A stretch of 64,000 bases of DNA from an uncultured Gammaproteobacteria bacterium (lineage in GTDB: Bacteria > Patescibacteriota > Patescibacteriia > UBA1558 > GWA2-36-10): the NCBI GenBank assembly GCA_964633905.1, contig CAZWIT010000004.1, forward strand, positions 9,336 through 73,335. Reading direction: 5' to 3'. A program made the translations under genes and the position numbers. Within the stretch, counting starts at the first letter, position 1. Each line of letters opens with the position of its first letter. The notes beneath the pieces were generated by a model. The model saw only the letters and a list, made by a program, of their open reading frames with translations. It searched no databases and had not been told where the DNA came from. Below are positions 18,191 to 26,866 of the stretch, in pieces.

Positions 18191-20088
18191 TGTCTATTTA
18201 TAATAAACAAGCAGGATTTTCATTAATTGAGCTGATGATAGCTATTGCTTTTATTGCTGTAACAATTGTTTCAATTTTTAGAATTAGTGCTTTTAATAGT
18301 TATATTAGGAAGACAAATACTGCTAGAACTCAAGCTATATATCACGCTGTCCAGGGTCTAGAAGCTAGTCGTTTGATTGTTTGGAGCGATTTGGCAAGCG
18401 GCGATCATGGTTTGATTCAGGAAAATAATACTTGGCATTTAACTAGTCAGCCTGATTTGTTAGATAATAAATATTTACGCACTATTAGGATTGAGGATGT
18501 TTATCGCACAAATATTAGCAATGGCAATGTTTATGGTGATATTAGCTCAAGCTCAAATTTAGATCCTGATAGCAAGAAAGTGATAGTGACAGTTAGTTGG
18601 ACTGGCTATGGTGGCAAGCAAAAAGAAGAAGTGCTTGAAACATATTTACATCGTTTTAGGGCTAATCGTTGGTCACAGATAGATTGGTCCGGAGGCGCCG
18701 GGCAAACTAATTGGTCTGATAAAACAAAATTTGATACTAAAAATGCAGGCATTGATGTAACCATACCAGGTGTATCAACTCTTATTGCGGGGTTTTTAGA
18801 TTGGAATGAAGCAACTACTACTGCTACTTATAATACACCCGGTAGTTCAGATGATAATGATGTTTTTGAATTAAATGGTCGGGCTTATGTGGTAACCGAA
18901 AATAATAGTTCCGGATCAGAACTTTATATATTAAACGTAAGTAATATTGATAATCCGCAGTTATTGGGTTCATATAATGTAGGTGCTGGTGTGACAGCTG
19001 TAGTTGTTCAGGGAAACTATGCTTATATTTCTACGCGCTCAGATAGTGGTGAATTTCAAATACTCAATATTTCTAATCCTAATAGTATTCAAAGGCTAGC
19101 CACCGTCAATTTAAGTGGTAGTAGCGACGCTAGAGATATAGTGGTTAATGCTAATCAGGCTTATATTGTCCAAGGCAGTACTCTTTATTCTTATAATATT
19201 ATTAACCCTAATAGTCCCCAATCTTTAGATTCTGTTAGCGTCAGCTACACCGGCAATGAAATTTTTGTCTCAGAAAATTATGTTTATGTAGCCACTGAAG
19301 ATTCTAGTAAAGAATTACAAATAATTGACATTACTAATCCAGCTAATATTTTTTTGGCAGGACAATTTAATTTAGCTGGCTCTTTGCAAGCTACTGATGT
19401 TAATATTCGTGGTAGTCGCGCTTATGTATCTGTGCGTGCTAATTCTAATGCCGAATTTTATATCTTTGATTTAGAAGATCCAATTGATCCACAATTGCTA
19501 GGTACTTATGAGACTGGTTACGATATTAATGCTTTCTCAGTAGTCGGTCCCTATGCCTTATTAGGCGTAGCCTTGAGTTCGGAGGAGTTAAGGGTAATTG
19601 ATATTTCTTTTCCAGCTACTATTAATAAAGTCTCAGGCTTTGATTTGTATGGTTCCATTTTAGGTATGTCGGCTAATTGCGCTGTTATTTATGCAGCCAC
19701 TACTGGCGATGCTGGTGAATTTACTATTATTTCCACAGAAGCAACTAATTGCCAATATGCTTCTTCTGGTGTTTTAAGTTCTTCGATTTTTGATACTGGT
19801 AGTGATCAAGTAATTTATAATTGGATAAAATGGAGTGGTATTGCTCCGCAAAATACTTCTATCAGATTTCAATTAGCTAGTAGTAATAGTATCAATGGTC
19901 CTTGGAATTTTGTTGGTCCAGATGGGACGTCTAACACTTTTTATACTAATGGATCAATAGATTATATTAACTATAATTTTCATGCTAATCAGCGCTATTT
20001 GCGTTATAGTCTGTATTTAGATACTAGCTCCGAGTTGCAAGTCCCAGTCTTAGAAGATGTAACTATTAGTTATTCTACTTATCCATGA
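18190..20088 (+). CDS. Large (632 aa) prepilin-type protein with N-terminal class III signal/methylation motif (MSIYNKQAG|FSLIELMIA) and C-terminal LVIVD-type beta-propeller repeats
   Basis: Prepilin cleavage motif. At least six ~40-aa repeats of the form aYVa…ElqIiDIsNP..p.llG.y, which is the LVIVD repeat pattern. Confidence 0.75.
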   Translation: MSIYNKQAGFSLIELMIAIAFIAVTIVSIFRISAFNSYIRKTNTARTQAIYHAVQGLEASRLIVWSDLASGDHGLIQENNTWHLTSQPDLLDNKYLRTIRIEDVYRTNISNGNVYGDISSSSNLDPDSKKVIVTVSWTGYGGKQKEEVLETYLHRFRANRWSQIDWSGGAGQTNWSDKTKFDTKNAGIDVTIPGVSTLIAGFLDWNEATTTATYNTPGSSDDNDVFELNGRAYVVTENNSSGSELYILNVSNIDNPQLLGSYNVGAGVTAVVVQGNYAYISTRSDSGEFQILNISNPNSIQRLATVNLSGSSDARDIVVNANQAYIVQGSTLYSYNIINPNSPQSLDSVSVSYTGNEIFVSENYVYVATEDSSKELQIIDITNPANIFLAGQFNLAGSLQATDVNIRGSRAYVSVRANSNAEFYIFDLEDPIDPQLLGTYETGYDINAFSVVGPYALLGVALSSEELRVIDISFPATINKVSGFDLYGSILGMSANCAVIYAATTGDAGEFTIISTEATNCQYASSGVLSSSIFDTGSDQVIYNWIKWSGIAPQNTSIRFQLASSNSINGPWNFVGPDGTSNTFYTNGSIDYINYNFHANQRYLRYSLYLDTSSELQVPVLEDVTISYSTYP

Positions 20089-20636
20089 TAATAAATAAAT
20101 TAAAAAATAGATATTCTAATCAAAAAGGTTTTACTATGATTGAAACCTTGGCTTATTTATTTATTACTAGTCTATTATTGATATTAATTATCAGCTTGAT
20201 TAGCAATATTTTTAATGCTCGTCGTCAATTTAGGGCAGCGGAACTTACTGATCGTAACGCTCGTTATATTATGAGTTTTGTTTTAAATAAAGTACATAAT
20301 GTTGATTTGATTGATCAGACAGGCGTGAATCCAGAGGATATATATTTTTATGATTTGCCAGATAAGCGTTTTAATTTTTCTTTAGAATCAGGCGATTTAA
20401 TTTTTCGTTTAGTAGAGGATAGTGGTGCTGGTTTTCCTGAACAAAGTACGGCTCTAGCCCAAAATCTAAATTTTAATGGAGTTAAAGTTAGTAATTTTTC
20501 TTTAAGTAATTTAGAAGATAATTTAGGCCGTGAAAATCAAGGAGTTAATTTTTCTTTTACTTTGCAAGTCGGCACCAGTAGTGATCGTTATGGTTTTGCA
20601 GAAGAAAATTTTAGTACATTTTTTAGCATACGTTAA
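20085..20636 (+). CDS. Pseudopilin / minor pilin (prepilin N-terminal motif NQKG|FTMIETLAYLFI)
   Basis: 183 aa. Class III signal with Glu+5 and hydrophobic helix. Overlaps the preceding gene by 4 nt. Confidence 0.7.
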   Translation: MIINKLKNRYSNQKGFTMIETLAYLFITSLLLILIISLISNIFNARRQFRAAELTDRNARYIMSFVLNKVHNVDLIDQTGVNPEDIYFYDLPDKRFNFSLESGDLIFRLVEDSGAGFPEQSTALAQNLNFNGVKVSNFSLSNLEDNLGRENQGVNFSFTLQVGTSSDRYGFAEENFSTFFSIR

Positions 20637-20637
20637 T

Positions 20638-21606
20638 ATGAAAATATATTTTAATTTTTTAAAAAAATTAAAGAGCTCAGACGGTTCGGCAGCTTTAGTT
20701 GCTTCAATGATGGTTTCGGCAGTTGTTTTGTCGATAATATTATCAGTTTTAATTTTAAGTTTAAACGCTCGCGCTGGCGTGCAATCTTTTGTTGATTCAG
20801 TACAGAGTTTTTATGCAGCTGAGGCTGGAGTGAGTGAATCATTATTTCAACTTAGGAAAGAGCCTGATAATTTTTCTTTTGATCAATTGATAGTAGGTCA
20901 CGTGCCAGTTGATAGTCAATTTGTGGAAGTGGCTGGTACTTGTGATCTGCCTGCTCAGTGTCAGTTTTTGCCAAATTCTGGTTGGTGGGGTGAATATTTT
21001 AATTATTCTGTTAATCATCCTGATATGGAAGTTAATCCTTATCCTGGGCCAACACCGACGCCCACGGAGCATGATTGGTATGATGATACTTACAAAACCC
21101 ATGAGCAGATAGATGCTAATTTACTTTTGCCCAATAGCATGTGGTTTCCTTATGATGGGACTATTTGGGAAAATAAAGAAGGTTATGCTCATGACTATCA
21201 TTTTGGTATGCATTGGCGTGCTAAAGTAACAGCGCCAGCTGATGGGAATTATAGCTATTCTTTGGCTTCGGACGATGATTCTTGGGTTTTGCGTAATGGT
21301 ATTGTGATCGTTAATAATAGTGGTACGCATGCTGCTTTTGTAAAAACTGGCGATATTTATCTTACGGCTGGTGATAATTTAGTTGAAATTTATTTTACAG
21401 AAAGACACACGGTCGAGTCTGGATTTAGATTCTTTTTTGATAATAGCAATTTAATTATTACTCCTTGGCCAGAAGGCTGTGGCGAGGATTTTCAATGTAA
21501 TTCCCATATTGAATCAAGTGCCAGCACTACCAAGGCAATGCGTAAAGTGCGCTATACCTGTAATCAGGCAATTGAAAATTGTGGTTGGAGCGAGTTAATT
21601 CCTTAG
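20638..21606 (+). CDS. PilX-like minor pilin with a C-terminal PA14 domain
   Basis: Start taken at the ATG at 20638, right after the upstream stop. N-terminus SSDGSAALVASMMVSAVVLSIILSVLIL resembles PilX_N. The C-terminal ~150 aa (WGEYFNYS…DDDSWVLRNG…TAGDNLVEIYFTERHT…FRFF) fit the PA14 beta-barrel pattern. Confidence 0.6.
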   Translation: MKIYFNFLKKLKSSDGSAALVASMMVSAVVLSIILSVLILSLNARAGVQSFVDSVQSFYAAEAGVSESLFQLRKEPDNFSFDQLIVGHVPVDSQFVEVAGTCDLPAQCQFLPNSGWWGEYFNYSVNHPDMEVNPYPGPTPTPTEHDWYDDTYKTHEQIDANLLLPNSMWFPYDGTIWENKEGYAHDYHFGMHWRAKVTAPADGNYSYSLASDDDSWVLRNGIVIVNNSGTHAAFVKTGDIYLTAGDNLVEIYFTERHTVESGFRFFFDNSNLIITPWPEGCGEDFQCNSHIESSASTTKAMRKVRYTCNQAIENCGWSELIP

Positions 21607-21610
21607 ATAT

Positions 21611-21652
21611 AAAAAAACAACCCAGCTGCTTATGGCAACAGGGTTGTTTTTT
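21611..21652. terminator. Bidirectional rho-independent terminator (pilus operon + / hppA -)
   Basis: aaacaaccc-(17-nt loop)-gggttgttt, flanked by an A-run upstream and a T-run downstream. Confidence 0.65.
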
Positions 21653-21657
21653 ATTTG

Positions 21658-23691
21658 TTATAGCATCATTGAGATTAATAATAATGCTACTACGTTTAAA
21701 ATTTTAATCATGGGGTTAATAGCTGGGCCAGCTGTATCTTTGTATGGGTCGCCAACTGTGTCTCCAGTGACAGCTGCTTTGTGAGCGTCTGATCCTTTGC
21801 CACCATGGTTACCTTTTTCAATATATTTTTTAGCATTGTCCCAAGCACCACCGCCAGAGGTCATAGAAATAGCTACAAATAAACCAGTGATAATACTACC
21901 TACTAAAGTGCCGCCTAAAACGGCAAAGCCATTTGTTTTGAATATAATTACAATTAAGATTGGAATTAAAACTGGAATCAAGGCAGGTATAATCATTTGC
22001 TTGAGAGCGCCTTTGGTAACAATATCTACAGCTGAGCCGTAGTCTGGTTTATCAGCACCAGTCATAATGCCTGGTTTTTCTTTAAATTGACGACGTACTT
22101 CCTGGACAATATAGCCAGCGGTTTTACCGACAGCCTCCATGGATAAAGCACCAAAAATATAAGGTAAAAGAGCGCCAATAAATAAGCCAGATAATACAAA
22201 AGGATCGTCTAGTTTAAAAATAATATTTTTACCGACAGCTTCTAACTCCTGAGTGTAGGCTGAAAATAACACTAAAGCAGCCAGTCCAGCAGAAGCAATA
22301 GCATAACCCTTGGTAACGGCCTTGGTAGTATTACCAACAGCGTCTAATGGGTCAGTAATATTCCTGACATTTTCTGGAAGGCCTGCCATTTCAGCAATAC
22401 CGCCAGCATTATCGGTAATTGGACCATAAGCATCAATAGTAACAATTACGCCAGCCAAAGATAACATGCTCATGGCAGCCACGGCAATGCCATATAGCCC
22501 AGCCCAGTGAAAGGCTAAAATAATACCAGCTACAATGACAATTACTGGCCAAGCAGTTGATTTCATAGAAATGGCTAGTCCTTGGATAACATTAGTGCCA
22601 TGACCAGTTTCGGAAGCTTTAGCAATTGATTTTACAGGAGCATATTTAGTAGAAGTATAATATTCAGTAATCCAAACAATCAAAGCAGTAACACCAAGAC
22701 CAACTAAAGCAGCATAAAAAATATTAGTATATTTATAGCTGATTAAGTCAGACATTAAGGCTTTGGTTACAAAGTAAAAACCAATCATTGCAAATACACC
22801 AGCAGCTATTAAGCCTTTGTAAAGAGTGTTCATGATTAAGCCTTTTTTTTCTATTTCTTCTACCTTATGTTTTTTATCTAGTTTTATAAAAAATAAACCA
22901 AACAAGGAAGCAATAATAGCAATAGCGCCTAAGGCTAGAGGATATTGAACAGCTTTTTCAGTATGAGGAAAGGTAAGTGAGCCTAAAAGCATTGCTGCTA
23001 CTAAGGTAACAGCGTAAGTCTCAAATAAGTCAGCGGCCATACCAGCACAATCACCGACGTTATCACCAACATTATCAGCAATCACGGCTGGGTTTCGAGG
23101 ATCATCTTCAGGAATACCAGCTTCCACTTTGCCAACCAAGTCAGCACCAACGTCAGCAGCTTTAGTAAAAATGCCGCCACCTAGGCGAGCAAAGACAGAA
23201 ATTAAACTGCCGCCAAAACCTAAACCAACTAAATGTTTAACAGTAATAAAAGGTAGGGCATATAATCCAGCTACACCTAAAAGGGCTAAGCCAACTACCA
23301 ACATACCGGTAACAGAGCCGCCTAAGACAGCTACTTTTAGAGCAGATTGGATATTAACTTTGGCAGCTTCAGCAGTGCGGACATTGGCACGAACAGAAAC
23401 ATTCATACCAATGATGCCGGCAGCAGCCGAAAGCACAGCGCCAATAATAAATGAGAAAGCTGTTGCCCAATCAATGGCAAAGCCTAAAATAATAAATAGA
23501 GCCACGGCTAGATAGGCAATAGTGCGGTATTGGCGAGTAATATAAGCTTTAGCGCCAGTTTGAATTGCTTTGGCAATTTCTTGCATTTTTTCATCGCCAC
23601 TGTGGAATTTTAATATTTTTTTGATCATCAAAGCACCAAAGGCAATAGAGATCAAGGCAGCGACAATGGACAAAATTGTGATAGTATCCAT
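21658..23691 (-). CDS. hppA: Membrane-bound H+/Na+-translocating pyrophosphatase
   Basis: 677 aa, about 16 TM helices. DNVGDNVGD and GGIAEMAGL signature motifs of V-type PPases. Confidence 0.95.
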   Translation of the reverse strand: MDTITILSIVAALISIAFGALMIKKILKFHSGDEKMQEIAKAIQTGAKAYITRQYRTIAYLAVALFIILGFAIDWATAFSFIIGAVLSAAAGIIGMNVSVRANVRTAEAAKVNIQSALKVAVLGGSVTGMLVVGLALLGVAGLYALPFITVKHLVGLGFGGSLISVFARLGGGIFTKAADVGADLVGKVEAGIPEDDPRNPAVIADNVGDNVGDCAGMAADLFETYAVTLVAAMLLGSLTFPHTEKAVQYPLALGAIAIIASLFGLFFIKLDKKHKVEEIEKKGLIMNTLYKGLIAAGVFAMIGFYFVTKALMSDLISYKYTNIFYAALVGLGVTALIVWITEYYTSTKYAPVKSIAKASETGHGTNVIQGLAISMKSTAWPVIVIVAGIILAFHWAGLYGIAVAAMSMLSLAGVIVTIDAYGPITDNAGGIAEMAGLPENVRNITDPLDAVGNTTKAVTKGYAIASAGLAALVLFSAYTQELEAVGKNIIFKLDDPFVLSGLFIGALLPYIFGALSMEAVGKTAGYIVQEVRRQFKEKPGIMTGADKPDYGSAVDIVTKGALKQMIIPALIPVLIPILIVIIFKTNGFAVLGGTLVGSIITGLFVAISMTSGGGAWDNAKKYIEKGNHGGKGSDAHKAAVTGDTVGDPYKDTAGPAINPMIKILNVVALLLISMML

Positions 23692-23712
23692 ACTTTTTTA
23701 AAAATTAATTAA

Positions 23713-25005
23713 TTATTCTGATTTTTTAGTTTTTTTAATTTTGGGGGCAGCTTTTTTCTTTTTAATATCATCATCTTTGCTAATTTCTTTGGCGGCTGCC
23801 GTGTTTATTTCGACCTCTTCTTCATCTTTATTAATTTCAGCTTCATTATTTTCTTTATCCGCAGCTTTTTCTTTTTTGCCATCACTAGGGACAATGTCTA
23901 TTTTCCAACCAGTAAGTTTAGCTGCCAGTCGAGCATTCTGCCCACTTTTGCCAATAGCGAGTGATAATTGATCTTCGGCTACTTTGACAATGGCAGTTCT
24001 TGCTTCTTCATTGATATTGATAGAAGTAATATTAGCTGGGCTTAAAGCATGAGTTATAAATATTTTTGGATCAGCACTCCATTCAATAATATCAATTTTT
24101 TCTCCACCCAACTCTGAAATAACAGTTTGGACGCGAGCACCGCGTTGACCAACGCAAGATCCGACTGGATCAATGTTGCTTTCAGAGGAACTGACAGCAA
24201 TTTTAGAACGAGCACCAGCTTCGCGAGCAATTGCTTTTATTTCAACTGTGCCAGCAGCAATTTCTGGAACCTCAGTAGCAAATAATTCTCTGACAATATC
24301 AGGGTGAGTACGAGATAAGACAATTTCTGGTCCTTTGTTACCCATGCCAACAGCTACTATATAAAAATTTAATCTAGAACCAATATTGTATTTTTCAAAA
24401 CGAATTTGTTCTTCAGGCGGTAAGACGCCATTGGCTTGTCCTAGGTCTACAATATAGCGGCGACCTTCGCTCCTTTGGATGGTGCCTAAAACTAGTTCGC
24501 CTTGCTTGTCTTGGTATTCGCTGAAAATATGATCACGTTCAGCTTCACGTAAACGTTGGATGATTACCTGTTTGGCAGTTTGAGCAGCCATACGGCCATA
24601 CTCTTCTGGTACTGCTAATTTAGTTTCGATTACATCGCCAATTTTGTAATCAGGGTTAATAGTTTTTGCTTCAGAGAGCATGATTTCAGAACGAGGATTA
24701 AATTTTTTAATAATATCCTCTTCTGCTATTTCAGCGCCGGCTTCTCTGCTCAAGCGTTGTTCTTCCCACTGGGCTTCTTGAGCTTCAATGTCAACATCTT
24801 CTACCACAGTTTTAACATCAAAAACAGCAGTTTGGCCATTATCAGCATTAAAAACTACTTTGATGTTTTGGTTTGGTGTGCCAAACTCTTTACGGTAGGC
24901 AGCAGCCAGGGCTGCTTCAATTGCTCCGATTACAGCTTCCATAGATAGATTTTTTTCTTGGCAAATCTGTCTGATGGCTGTTAGGAGGTTATTGTTTTGT
25001 GCCAT
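23713..25005 (-). CDS. nusA: Transcription termination/antitermination factor NusA (with a Lys-rich C-terminal tail instead of AR domains)
   Basis: 430 aa. N-terminal NusA domain, S1 and KH1/KH2 regions; C-terminal KKKKAAPKIKKTKKSE. Confidence 0.9.
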   Translation of the reverse strand: MAQNNNLLTAIRQICQEKNLSMEAVIGAIEAALAAAYRKEFGTPNQNIKVVFNADNGQTAVFDVKTVVEDVDIEAQEAQWEEQRLSREAGAEIAEEDIIKKFNPRSEIMLSEAKTINPDYKIGDVIETKLAVPEEYGRMAAQTAKQVIIQRLREAERDHIFSEYQDKQGELVLGTIQRSEGRRYIVDLGQANGVLPPEEQIRFEKYNIGSRLNFYIVAVGMGNKGPEIVLSRTHPDIVRELFATEVPEIAAGTVEIKAIAREAGARSKIAVSSSESNIDPVGSCVGQRGARVQTVISELGGEKIDIIEWSADPKIFITHALSPANITSININEEARTAIVKVAEDQLSLAIGKSGQNARLAAKLTGWKIDIVPSDGKKEKAADKENNEAEINKDEEEVEINTAAAKEISKDDDIKKKKAAPKIKKTKKSE

Positions 25006-25074
25006 GATTTTTAGTTTGATTAAAAATTTATAAAAATAAGCTAGTTTAATAATAAACTAGCTTACAACAATGGT

Positions 25075-25103
25075 AGTATACTCTTTTTGTCAATTTTGGT
25101 CAA
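25075..25103 (-). promoter_or_regulatory. Sigma70-type promoter for nusA (minus strand)
   Basis: Read on the minus strand: TTGACC (25103-25098), 17-nt spacer, TATACT (25080-25075). This puts the TSS about 60 nt upstream of the nusA ATG. Confidence 0.5.
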
Positions 25104-25248
25104 CCCCGTCAAATAACCTTGCGCTAAGCGCAAGGTCCCTGCGCATAGCTAAAATTAAAATTATTTAAAGATAAATTGATATTATATATATTAAGCTTTT
25201 TTCTTAGAAATAATTTAGCGCGGGATTTTACGGGGTCAAGAGCAGGCA

Positions 25249-25605
25249 TTAGATCATAAATCTTTGTAGCTTGGCCTTTTTACCACTTATTTGTATAGAA
25301 CAGATTTCGATACTTATTAAAAAATTAGAATAATTATATTTATTTTGCAGCCACTGCCAGGATTTTTCAATTGCTTTAATTTTTTGTTTATTAATAGCTT
25401 CTTCGGGCAATCCCAGATACTTACTAGTACGAGTTTTTACTTCAACAATAATAATTTGATTATTTTTTATTAATAATAAATCTATTTCACCACAGGGGGT
25501 ATTTAGGTTTTTGCCTAATAATTTATAACCCAAATTTTGGTAATAACTACTAGCTAATTCTTCTCCTAGACGGCCTAATTTGTTATTTGATATTTTTTTG
25601 AACAT
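25249..25605 (-). CDS. yraN: YraN-family (UPF0102) endonuclease
   Basis: 118 aa. GRLGEELA…GEIDLL…VEVK motifs of the YraN restriction-endonuclease-like fold. Confidence 0.8.
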   Translation of the reverse strand: MFKKISNNKLGRLGEELASSYYQNLGYKLLGKNLNTPCGEIDLLLIKNNQIIIVEVKTRTSKYLGLPEEAINKQKIKAIEKSWQWLQNKYNYSNFLISIEICSIQISGKKAKLQRFMI

Positions 25606-25653
25606 AAAAAAACAGGTAAATTTGGCCTGTTTTTATTATGAATTTTATAAAAA

Positions 25654-26082
25654 TTATTTTTTATTTTGGGGTAACCATTTATTAAATTCTTCCTTAGCAG
25701 CAATAGCTGCTTGTTTTTTTGGTAAATCTTTGCGCCAATAAATAATAATAGTTATTAACCAAATAAAAATTATTATTAGCCAAGCGAGTAATAATAAACG
25801 TGAGGCTAAATAAATAGCTTGGACTTCTCGGAAAAATACTAGTAATAAACCGATAATGCCAGTAGTAAAGCCCCAAGCTCTAATTTTTTTAAGTAAGGTT
25901 TTTTTAGGGCCTTGGCTATTTTTAATTTTTCGGTAACACAAGATAGCAAGAATAATTGCCCCTAAAAATATTACTAATAAAACGATACGTATTGGCCAAG
26001 AAAAACCAAGCGGGGCATATCTTTGCCAAAGGTAGGACCAATGTAGGAATTTAGTTAAGTTCATAATTATTATTTTATGCAC
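25654..26082 (-). CDS. Hypothetical membrane protein (3-4 TM)
   Basis: 142 aa hydrophobic ORF. GTG at 26082 or the ATG giving MNLTKF at 26064 as start. A promoter-like element lies immediately upstream. Confidence 0.45.
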   Translation of the reverse strand: MHKIIIMNLTKFLHWSYLWQRYAPLGFSWPIRIVLLVIFLGAIILAILCYRKIKNSQGPKKTLLKKIRAWGFTTGIIGLLLVFFREVQAIYLASRLLLLAWLIIIFIWLITIIIYWRKDLPKKQAAIAAKEEFNKWLPQNKK

Positions 26083-26084
26083 AT

Positions 26085-26116
26085 ATATTAGATAATTAAT
26101 TGGATAAAGTCAACCC
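26085..26116 (-). promoter_or_regulatory. Sigma70-type promoter (minus strand) for the 142-aa membrane protein/yraN operon
   Basis: Minus strand: TTGACT, 17-nt spacer, TAATAT ending at the annotated GTG. The real start codon is probably the internal ATG. Confidence 0.4.
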
Positions 26117-26170
26117 CATCAAATTTAAAAGCCCCTTTGTAAATTAGGAGCTTTTATGTAATGAGTTAAT

Positions 26171-26752
26171 TTATTTTTTGGTAAATAATAGTCCGAAGTG
26201 ATAACGACCAGCATTGAATTCTTTGACTAAAGTTAAATCCAGTTGTTGGCTGAGCTCAATGATTTTCTGAGGTTCGATAATCATTTCTGGTGGTGGGCCA
26301 AAACTTAATTCATTTTTTGACCAGTCAACAATTAGCAGTCGGCCACCGCTTTTTAATAATCTAGTAGCTTCAGCTAAGATTTCATAATGTTTTTTTGATT
26401 GATATAAAATATTAACTAAGATGCTAGCATCTAAGGACCCTTCGCTGATTTTAGTAGCGCCAACAATTTCTAAATTACTCCAAACAGTTTTGATATTATT
26501 AAGACCGGCAAGTCTAGCCTTTGATTCAATTTCAGATAAGATATTTTTTACTACATCAACGGCATATACCTGCCCAACATCGCCAACGAGCCTAGCTGAT
26601 TCTAATAAAAATAAGCCGCCACCAGCGCCAAGGTCTCCTACCATTTCACCTCGCTTGAGTTGTAGGATATCTTTTAAAATTTGGCCAGCATCCAAAAGTT
26701 CGCTACGCCCAGAATTACTAGTTTGGCTATTATTATTGGTATTGTTAGTCAT
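26171..26752 (-). CDS. Class I SAM-dependent methyltransferase
   Basis: 193 aa. Motif I VGDLGAGGG and post-I acidic residue pattern. Confidence 0.75.
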   Translation of the reverse strand: MTNNTNNNSQTSNSGRSELLDAGQILKDILQLKRGEMVGDLGAGGGLFLLESARLVGDVGQVYAVDVVKNILSEIESKARLAGLNNIKTVWSNLEIVGATKISEGSLDASILVNILYQSKKHYEILAEATRLLKSGGRLLIVDWSKNELSFGPPPEMIIEPQKIIELSQQLDLTLVKEFNAGRYHFGLLFTKK

Positions 26753-26811
26753 ATTTTTTTATCTAAATATATTATAACAAAAATAGCAATTTTAGGCTAT
26801 GGATTTTATAA

Positions 26812-26840
26812 TTGCCAAGTAGATGTCAAAGCCCTATAAT
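26812..26840 (+). promoter_or_regulatory. Sigma70-type promoter for glmS
   Basis: TTGCCA (26812-26817), 17-nt spacer, TATAAT (26835-26840), 26 nt upstream of the ATG. Confidence 0.55.
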
Positions 26841-26866
26841 AGGCTAATAAGCCTTAAGATAAATTT

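Noticed and set aside
20651-21330. Cluster of small ORFs (63, 86, 67, 69 aa) across the PA14-pilin gene
   Set aside because: They overlap the 358-aa ORF, which has a recognisable pilin N-terminus and PA14 pattern. They are shadow ORFs.
26753-26866. Possible glmS ribozyme in the glmS 5' UTR
   Set aside because: Only about 26 nt lie between the predicted -10 and the ATG. That is far too short for the ~150-nt ribozyme, and no conserved core sequences were seen.
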